From Candidatus Kariarchaeota archaeon (lineage in GTDB: Archaea > Asgardarchaeota > Heimdallarchaeia > Heimdallarchaeales > Kariarchaeaceae): a stretch of DNA of 13,099 bases. The notes below the pieces were generated by a model that was not told where the DNA came from, did no database searches, and saw nothing but the letters and a program-made list of their open reading frames with translations. Positions 6,999 to 13,099 of this stretch are shown here, in pieces (positions within the stretch are counted from its first letter, which is position 1; each line of letters opens with the position of its first letter). Both the position numbers and the translations under genes were made by a program. Where the stretch lies: NCBI GenBank assembly GCA_016839545.1, contig JAEOUB010000001.1:1-13099 (forward strand), in the 5' to 3' direction.

Positions 6999-7289
6999 TT
7001 AGTTTTTCAATCCTCCACCTGCAGGAGGCAGAATAGTTATCTCATCACCGTCTGAAATACCAATACCGGTCATAGCACCTCGATCAAGTTTTTCCTCATT
7101 CAGGATGTAAATAAAATGATTACTCCACCCCTCAGAAGATTGAAGGTGGGTTTTGAGATCAGGATACCGGTCAACCAGAATATCCAGGGCTTCTCCAACA
7201 GTAGACCCGGTGAGCTCCAGCTCTACACGTCTGTCACCAATAACCTCCCGGATCATTGCAAAACTTCGGATAGTAATTCTAATTGTCAT
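6999..7289 (-). CDS. MoaD/ThiS/SAMP-type small ubiquitin-like protein (beta-grasp) with Gly-Gly followed by a short C-terminal extension (..ILPPAGGGLKN*)
   Basis: It aligns by eye with MoaD: MTIRITIRSFAMIREVIGDRRVELEL corresponds to the MoaD N-terminal strand plus 'FAxxRExxG', and DGDEITILPPAGGG to MoaD 'DGDEVAFFPPVTGG'. The likely start is ATG 7289-7287, directly after GGTG. This overlaps the last 11 nt of the upstream 748-aa gene. The ORF-track start at 7331 would add a 14-aa non-homologous leader. Confidence 0.75.
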   Translation of the reverse strand: MTIRITIRSFAMIREVIGDRRVELELTGSTVGEALDILVDRYPDLKTHLQSSEGWSNHFIYILNEEKLDRGAMTGIGISDGDEITILPPAGGGLKN

Positions 7290-9525
7290 CACCTTTAATC
7301 TCAAAGTATTGGAGCAGACTGTCGAGATCAAGTTCTACCATTTTACCAGAGAGATCCACGTTGAATGGGATGACTGAAACTGCTGCATTATACTGTCTTG
7401 GATTTGAGAAAAGAGGTATACGAAGAGTATTTCCTGTATGCTCTCCAATATGTGTGTAGATGTGACCTGTTGGTTCTGATGCATGATAGAACTGATCTGC
7501 CAGGGTGTAGAATTTGATACCATCAATTCCACTCTCAATAATAAGTTCCATATTCTGCGCCAGTTCAAAGAAGCCTATCAGGATCTCATCACCTATCATA
7601 CCTGTAGTCTCCTGTTTTTGGTTAATAAACTTGAGTTCAATTGATTTCATACTCTTGTTCAGGGCTTCGATTGTCATTCTCTGGGCGATATCCCAGTCTT
7701 TTACCATGGAGCGATACTCATCTGCAAGGTACTCAGTGGTGATATCGTCTTCACTAATCCCGATAAGATCCATTTGGCTCCTAAACACTGACGCCATGTA
7801 CTGGAAGTTGATATATTCCACAAAAGCAAGAGCGTGTTGATTCCTCTCATAGTATGCCTGAATGATGTGTACGTGAATGATTGAAATAATTGGCGAGATT
7901 ATCAGCAAAAAGTCCTGGTAAACTGTAGTGCCATTCTGAAAGATCTCCAACCAGCTGACCAGGTAAAAGAACAGTTGTTCAAGCAGATGGATGGGCAGAG
8001 ATCCTGTCCGGTTGTAGACCTTCTTCACAAGGTCCATAATCTCACTTGCCATAATGATAAATTCACGTTCGAAGGTAGATGAATTCACAATGGACCCGGT
8101 TTTTCCAGATTCTTCTTGAATTCGCTCTACAAGCTCAGTAATAGGTGTCCAATCTGCAAGTAGTTCCAAGTGCTTGAGAAAGAGATTGTTCTCAATGCTA
8201 TTTGGTTTCAGTTCAGTCAGTTTTGCAATGAAGGAAAATTCTTCCCAGGTATTCCTGCTCCGCTGTAACAGAACCATCCCATGATAGGAGTTTTGTATGA
8301 TTTCAATTAATGTCCTGCAGGCTTTTCTGAATTCAGGTTCTTTCTTCGATCTTATCTCAAGATATTCAACAAGCACTGCATCAGCAGGTTTGTCTTCCTC
8401 TAACAGTGATATTGCTCCTTTATACAAAATTGAGGAAAGTTGGTACAGGAGTTCTGTTATCTCGGCTTTCTCTGACGACTCCATCAACTCAAGCATGTAC
8501 TCTCTAAGAAGCTGTTCCATTGCAGAGAAACCGTTCCAAAGGTATACCTTCAGCAGATAGTCCGTATCAGATTTCAAGATATTGTCAAACAATTCTTCCA
8601 GCGAGATGTCATCGAAAGTGAAGTAGCTGGCAAGCAACCTCATTACAAGCTGTCTATTGTGAACAAAAGAGATATTGTACTTGTAATATTCCAAACCAAT
8701 TTTCGCAAAGATAATCGCGACGAGGTATCTATACGATTTAAGTTCTAGATCTGAGTACTTGTGCTCGAGATCAATCCATATTCGGCTTGTTAGATCGAAC
8801 ACCTCCCCTATCCTGTCATAACCCAGAGTTACCAATCCTCTTGTCAACAGAGTCAGCAAAATCACCCTCTTGGATGGATTATCCTGTGCTTCCTTTAGTT
8901 CTGACTCAAAGATATTGAGAAGGACAACGAGAATGGGTTCATATTTCTGGAAGCGGCCAAGGTCGTCTCGACGCAGATCAATCAGGTCTTCGAATAATAA
9001 CCATAGATCTCTCATTTTCCAAAATTTGTAATCATTTGTCAGATTTTCCAGTATCCTCCCTCTTGCAATAGAAAGCACAGGTGACTGTTCCACAAATTGA
9101 CGGATAAGCTCAGAATGATACCCAGTAGTTTCCCATTTGATGAGCCCTGAGAATAGAATTTTGACCTCTTCAACAAATAGGAGCTCAACCTTTTCCCATC
9201 CTGCCAGTCCTGCATGCCTTGACAGCATAACCAGATATTTATCAACCACTCCCCAGCCAATTTTATCCCTGTTGATTACCAATATATGTCGACAGAAATC
9301 AGATATTTGATCTTCGTCGAGTCTTTCCAGCTCCTTTTGCAAACCATGTCCATCTAGAATATACTCTAGGTTGGGACGTCTCTCATTCATGAGTGCATCA
9401 AGGATCTGCACAAATTTAGAGGAGTGAAGTAGACCCGTAGTCGGATAATTATAAGGGTCAGGAGGCTCTTGTGCTAGATATTCCATACTGGGCAGAGTGA
9501 AGAACCCGACAGGAATATCGTCCAT
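7279..9525 (-). CDS. large (748 aa) predominantly alpha-helical protein of unknown function; His-rich C-terminal segment HASEPTGHIYTHIGEHTGN
   Basis: A long uninterrupted ORF with an ATG start. Hydrophobic residues alternate with charged residues in an amphipathic-helix pattern throughout. No P-loop, Rossmann or Cys-cluster motifs were found. The gene is translationally coupled to the downstream ubiquitin-like gene and divergent from the Rab-like GTPase gene. Confidence 0.8.
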   Translation of the reverse strand: MDDIPVGFFTLPSMEYLAQEPPDPYNYPTTGLLHSSKFVQILDALMNERRPNLEYILDGHGLQKELERLDEDQISDFCRHILVINRDKIGWGVVDKYLVMLSRHAGLAGWEKVELLFVEEVKILFSGLIKWETTGYHSELIRQFVEQSPVLSIARGRILENLTNDYKFWKMRDLWLLFEDLIDLRRDDLGRFQKYEPILVVLLNIFESELKEAQDNPSKRVILLTLLTRGLVTLGYDRIGEVFDLTSRIWIDLEHKYSDLELKSYRYLVAIIFAKIGLEYYKYNISFVHNRQLVMRLLASYFTFDDISLEELFDNILKSDTDYLLKVYLWNGFSAMEQLLREYMLELMESSEKAEITELLYQLSSILYKGAISLLEEDKPADAVLVEYLEIRSKKEPEFRKACRTLIEIIQNSYHGMVLLQRSRNTWEEFSFIAKLTELKPNSIENNLFLKHLELLADWTPITELVERIQEESGKTGSIVNSSTFEREFIIMASEIMDLVKKVYNRTGSLPIHLLEQLFFYLVSWLEIFQNGTTVYQDFLLIISPIISIIHVHIIQAYYERNQHALAFVEYINFQYMASVFRSQMDLIGISEDDITTEYLADEYRSMVKDWDIAQRMTIEALNKSMKSIELKFINQKQETTGMIGDEILIGFFELAQNMELIIESGIDGIKFYTLADQFYHASEPTGHIYTHIGEHTGNTLRIPLFSNPRQYNAAVSVIPFNVDLSGKMVELDLDSLLQYFEIKGDDN

Positions 9526-9742
9526 AATATCCTTGGAATGGTATTGGGATATTTCAACATTTTTCTGTCAATTCTAGGATGAGTTGGAAAAACCTAATTT
9601 GATGGTGAATAGGAGGGATTCCAATAATTTATAGCTACAGATTTCCCATACATACATCTAGAGCAATTAATACAAAAAAATGATATGAAATTGACTTGTG
9701 ATAGTAGCTTTTATTTTCTATCATCTCTGAGGAAGATTACCT

Positions 9743-10306
9743 GTGTCAAGCACAAAGAAAACCCGTACAAGTTACAAGGTTGTTTTACTAGGTGATCCAC
9801 GGGTAGGGAAAACAAGTATCAGACGAAGCTATCTTGGTGCAGTATTCGAGCAGGATTACAACGTAACGCTGGGTGCGGATTTTGCTGTCAAACGTCTTCC
9901 TGATAATAACAATGTCTTGCAGATCTGGGATCTTGCCGGCCAAGCTGTCTATAAATCGGTAAGAAGTGGATATTACAAAGGTGCTGAAGGAGCAATCCTA
10001 ATCTACGATATAACACGCCCCGAGACCTTCAAGAATGTCGCAAAATGGCTTGATGAAATGCTATCCGTTTCCGATCAGATGATACCTTTGATACTTGTTG
10101 CCAACAAGATAGATCTGAAAACTGATGGTTCCCCCTTTGTATCACACAAGGACGGGAAGAACTATGCTGATGTGCTTACAAATTGGAGCGGATTCGATGT
10201 TCCCTATATCGAGTCTTCTGCAATGACTGGGGAGAATATCGACAAAATATTCCAGGATCTCATTGGAGAGATTGAAGTTCTGAAAAGCACTGAGCAGGGT
10301 AATTAA
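9743..10306 (+). CDS. Ras-superfamily small GTPase, Rab/Ran-like, lacking C-terminal Cys lipidation motif
   Basis: G1 LLGDPRVGKTS. Switch I / G2 YNVTLGADF (compare Rab TIGVDF and Ran TLGVEV). G3 WDLAGQ. The Rab-like stretch YYKGAEGAILIYDITRPETFKNVAKW is present. G4 VANKIDL (NKxD). G5 ESSAMTGENI (SAK-like). The start is GTG, preceded by GAGGAAG. The stop overlaps the Rad50 stop on the opposite strand. Confidence 0.85.
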   Translation: MSSTKKTRTSYKVVLLGDPRVGKTSIRRSYLGAVFEQDYNVTLGADFAVKRLPDNNNVLQIWDLAGQAVYKSVRSGYYKGAEGAILIYDITRPETFKNVAKWLDEMLSVSDQMIPLILVANKIDLKTDGSPFVSHKDGKNYADVLTNWSGFDVPYIESSAMTGENIDKIFQDLIGEIEVLKSTEQGN

Positions 10307-13086
10307 GGATCCACATAATGCCCACGTATACCATCCACAATTTGTAACCTGATACTATTTTCAGCATTTCTATCAAACTCGACCTTGTGAGTCACCAGAA
10401 GTAGTTGTCCTTTAGAGGCTGTAAATAGTTGTTCTCTATCTATGATCTCCATAAACTCCTCAATACGTTTTTGGTCAAGATGGTTCGTTGGCTCATCAAG
10501 GGTGAGAAAGTTGAGAGGGGCCACAAATTCGGCAAGGGCTAACCTCAGTGCAAGTGCCAGTACTGTTTTCTCCCCACCTGAAAGAGTGTTCTTGTCAATA
10601 CTGTATTGACCATTGTAAAGATGGACATCACCATCATTCTGGAATGCAACCTTGTTAAATCCTTGATTTGGAAGCATCCGTTTCATCATATTGGTGAGAT
10701 ATGATGAAATCTGAGATGCTGTTTTTGAAATCAGAAGCTCAGGAGCGTCTTGCAAAATACTTTCGTATTTTTCGGAAAGATGGTGTAACTTTCTCAATTC
10801 ATCAACTTCATCATTGAGGCGTAACAGGTTAATTTCTTGTTCTTCTGCTTTTTGCAATGTGTTTTTCAATTCCTCAAGTCTCTCATCGATATTCTTGATC
10901 CTCTCTTTCAACCCTCCTAGCATAGATATCGCATCTGCCAGCTCTGTATCCAATTTCTCCAATTCTTTGCCATCAAATTCCTTCTCCAATTCAGCCTTCT
11001 CTTCTTTGTCTTTGGATAACTGCTTTCCGAGTTCTTTCAGTCTCCTTGATATTCTATCCATATCCCTAGCCGAGGGGATAATTATATCATTGAGTGTCTG
11101 GATCTCCTGATTTAGTTTTTTGACCTCATCTCCCTCTTTCTCAAGCGACTTATTCAGTCTTTCAATATCGATTTTTTGGTTTTCATCTGATAGTTTCGCC
11201 ATTCTCTCTTTCATTGACTGTATATTAGCTTCCAGAACTTCGGTTTCTTTTTGTAATTTCTGCAGAGTTTTCTTATCGGTCTCAAGCTTTGATCTCTCCG
11301 TCTTGTATTGATCAACACTTTTCGATTTTAGCTCTTCATAGGCTTTTGATGCCACATTTTTGTCTTTGTCTAGTTTTCCAAGCTCTACTTTGATCTTCTC
11401 TAACTCAGTCTGTTTGGTCTGATTATACTCTAGCGTCTTTACAAATTGGTGGAGTTTGGGCAATTTATCTTCAATTTCTGTAAGTCTGATCTGAAGTTGG
11501 TCAATATTCTCTTTCAAATTGCCGGATTTAGCATTTTGACGACCATTTTCATCCGTCAGGCGATGTATAATATCCTGTTGAGTTCTGAGCAATTCACTTG
11601 TGTCCATTCCCTCGAATGGCCTGCGGCAAATTGGGCAATCATGATCTTCATGTGAGGTAAGCAATTCAATTGTCTGTTGTACTGTATCAATCTCCTTCTT
11701 CGTACTGGCTGATTTCTCTAGCAACTCCTCTCTCGTTGTTTTCAGCTGTTCCAGGGCGATGGTTGTTTTTTCCTTCTCACTCATTGCGGAAGATAGTAGC
11801 TCATTGACATTTGCGATATTTTGGTCAAATACCTTCCGGAATTCCGTCTCGTTTGCCAGTATTTCACCTTCAAGTTTCTCTATCTTCGATTTCAGCTCAA
11901 GATCTGTGCTGACAAATGTCTCATATTTTTCTTTTAATCGGGTTAATTCACTCTCATAATTGGCTATTTTCTCTGTTAACTCCTGTATCTTTGTCTCTCT
12001 TACATTTTCAGTCATCTCTTCCTCTATCTCTTTTGAAGAGCTCTTCTTGGTGTCAAGGTCACTCTTATTCTGAATATGTTCTTTTTCTAGTTTTTCAAGT
12101 TCTTCAGCTCTCTTCTCATAATTCTCTTTGATATTAATGTTGGTGGAAATAGATTTCGTTAATTTCAATAAGCTTGAGCTTTTGGTCTGCAGTAACCTAT
12201 CAGCACCATCTGTATCAATTTTGTCCCATCCAAAGCTGTCACGATAGTTATCAAGTTTTGACGAGTTATCCTTAAGATCAGATGAGAGGTCACTTGTTTC
12301 CTTTTCAGCAGTTGTAATCCTGCTCAGAACAATTTCAATGGTATTCTTTTTCTGTTTTAGAGTTTGAACCCTGGTTTCAAGAGAACTTATCCGTCCTGCC
12401 GTCGCGGTGATTTCTTGCTTGACTGATTCCTGTTTCTTCTCTTGAGCAGTGATGTCTGCTTGTACCTCATTCTTGTCGGTTTTCGTTTCGTCAATAGCAG
12501 CGATTTTGAACTGATTAGATTCAATTTTACTTGCTACAAATTTACCATAGTTTCTCATCACATTTCCAGTTTTCGCAAAGCTCTCCAGTCCTAATATTTT
12601 CCTGACCTGTTTACTGCGCTCTCCAGGTGTATCTCGTAACAGATCAGTTAACTCTCCCTGCCGAGCACACAACGCAGCCTTGAAGGTGTTAGCATCGATA
12701 CCTTCCCCGATGAGGGATTGGATCATCTCCTTAGACGGAGTCACTCCATCTGCTAGTACTTTATCGCTCCCTTTCTCATAGACCTTCCATACATCTGAAC
12801 CTGATGCTCTGATATGGTGTCGGCTGACAAATGTACCTTCAGGGGTTGTAAATGTAAGTTCAATTTTCCCTTTCTCAGCATCTCTTTTTACCAAATCTCC
12901 ATTTGTGAGATTAAGTCCTGTGAGGTAACTATTACCGTACAGACCGAATCCGATTGACGTGATAATCGTTGATTTTCCAGAACCGTTCGGTCCTGAGATC
13001 ACGTTCACACCCTCGTTGAATCTGAACGTTATTTTCTCAAAACACTTGATATCTTCAAGCACTAGTCGTTCAATTCTGAGGTACAT
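10303..13086 (-). CDS. rad50: Rad50 DNA double-strand-break repair ATPase (SMC-like ABC ATPase with long coiled coil and zinc hook)
   Basis: The N-terminal Walker A is FNEGVNVISGPNGSGKSTI. About 600 aa of K/E-rich coiled coil follow, containing the central zinc hook HDCPICRRPF (CPIC codons at about 11625-11636 on the + strand). The C-terminal signature LSGGEKTVLALALRLALAE is present, with Walker B/D-loop LTLDEPTNHLD and H-loop LLVTHK. At 927 aa it matches archaeal Rad50 in length. Confidence 0.95.
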   Translation of the reverse strand: MYLRIERLVLEDIKCFEKITFRFNEGVNVISGPNGSGKSTIITSIGFGLYGNSYLTGLNLTNGDLVKRDAEKGKIELTFTTPEGTFVSRHHIRASGSDVWKVYEKGSDKVLADGVTPSKEMIQSLIGEGIDANTFKAALCARQGELTDLLRDTPGERSKQVRKILGLESFAKTGNVMRNYGKFVASKIESNQFKIAAIDETKTDKNEVQADITAQEKKQESVKQEITATAGRISSLETRVQTLKQKKNTIEIVLSRITTAEKETSDLSSDLKDNSSKLDNYRDSFGWDKIDTDGADRLLQTKSSSLLKLTKSISTNINIKENYEKRAEELEKLEKEHIQNKSDLDTKKSSSKEIEEEMTENVRETKIQELTEKIANYESELTRLKEKYETFVSTDLELKSKIEKLEGEILANETEFRKVFDQNIANVNELLSSAMSEKEKTTIALEQLKTTREELLEKSASTKKEIDTVQQTIELLTSHEDHDCPICRRPFEGMDTSELLRTQQDIIHRLTDENGRQNAKSGNLKENIDQLQIRLTEIEDKLPKLHQFVKTLEYNQTKQTELEKIKVELGKLDKDKNVASKAYEELKSKSVDQYKTERSKLETDKKTLQKLQKETEVLEANIQSMKERMAKLSDENQKIDIERLNKSLEKEGDEVKKLNQEIQTLNDIIIPSARDMDRISRRLKELGKQLSKDKEEKAELEKEFDGKELEKLDTELADAISMLGGLKERIKNIDERLEELKNTLQKAEEQEINLLRLNDEVDELRKLHHLSEKYESILQDAPELLISKTASQISSYLTNMMKRMLPNQGFNKVAFQNDGDVHLYNGQYSIDKNTLSGGEKTVLALALRLALAEFVAPLNFLTLDEPTNHLDQKRIEEFMEIIDREQLFTASKGQLLLVTHKVEFDRNAENSIRLQIVDGIRGHYVDP
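11622..11639 (-). other. Rad50 zinc-hook (CxxC) coding segment at the apex of the coiled coil
   Basis: Reverse complement of gcaaattgggca encodes C-P-I-C; flanking His/Asp (HEDHDCPICRRPFEG). Confidence 0.8.
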
Positions 13087-13099
13087 CTATTCATCCCCC

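Noticed and set aside
7116-9260. ORFs 7116..7298(+), 7153..7377(+), 7335..7568(-), 7514..7840(+), 8297..8560(+), 9039..9260(-)
   Set aside because: These are overlapped by the long 748-aa ORF and the Ubl gene. They are short and low-complexity with no start-site support.
10814-12131. Five + strand ORFs (63 to 98 aa, Ser/Phe/Leu-rich) inside the Rad50 gene
   Set aside because: They are the reverse-complement reading of the Lys/Glu-rich coiled-coil codons (TTC/CTT/TTT runs). They are typical antisense artefacts with no starts carrying an RBS.
1-13099. Search for tRNA/rRNA genes, CRISPR repeats, IS elements or integrase remnants
   Set aside because: I found no cloverleaf-compatible 70 to 90-nt segments in the intergenic regions, no regularly spaced direct repeats, and no terminal inverted repeats or transposase/integrase-like ORFs. 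All intergenic spaces are short (217 nt or less) and promoter-like.

Overview
This 13.1-kb window reads as archaeal DNA. It contains eleven reasonably supported protein-coding genes, no rRNA or tRNA genes and no CRISPR array. Gene structure is archaeal: TATA-like boxes about 25 to 60 nt upstream of start codons, GGAGG/AGGTGA-type ribosome-binding sites, stop-start overlaps, and a GC hairpin plus T7 tract as terminator. Two recognisable genes are informational and eukaryote-flavoured. One is a methionyl-tRNA synthetase with a Zn knuckle, an EMAP-II-like C-terminal domain and a polylysine linker. The other is a Rad50 ATPase with a CPIC zinc hook.

On the + strand the window holds, in order: the 3' end of an unknown gene; a flotillin/SPFH protein with an EA-rich coiled coil; a small Asp-rich DxDGDG (calcium-loop-like) protein, after which the operon ends at a clear terminator; and a polytopic membrane protein carrying a C-terminal alpha/beta domain of longin/roadblock-like topology. 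On the - strand: a DinB_2-like protein; an NAD(P)H-dependent FMN reductase (cotranscribed with DinB, stop and start adjacent); MetRS; a MoaD/SAMP-type ubiquitin-like protein; a 748-aa all-alpha orphan protein; and Rad50. One further + strand gene, a Rab/Ran-like small GTPase without a lipidation tail, is transcribed divergently from the 748-aa gene and ends by overlapping the Rad50 stop.

The most interesting region is 6999..10306. It holds the Rab-like GTPase, the 748-aa helical protein, and a ubiquitin-like precursor that carries a 3 to 4 residue extension after its Gly-Gly and is translationally coupled to the orphan gene. I regard this as a candidate uncharacterised archaeal GTPase/ubiquitin-like module. 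The Rab-like GTPase, MetRS architecture and GC content would be compatible with an Asgard-like archaeon, but I cannot confirm that. All functional calls come from motif recognition by eye, and no database search was possible. Several start codons in the supplied ORF track are TTG/GTG artefacts; I re-set them to the first plausible ATG.
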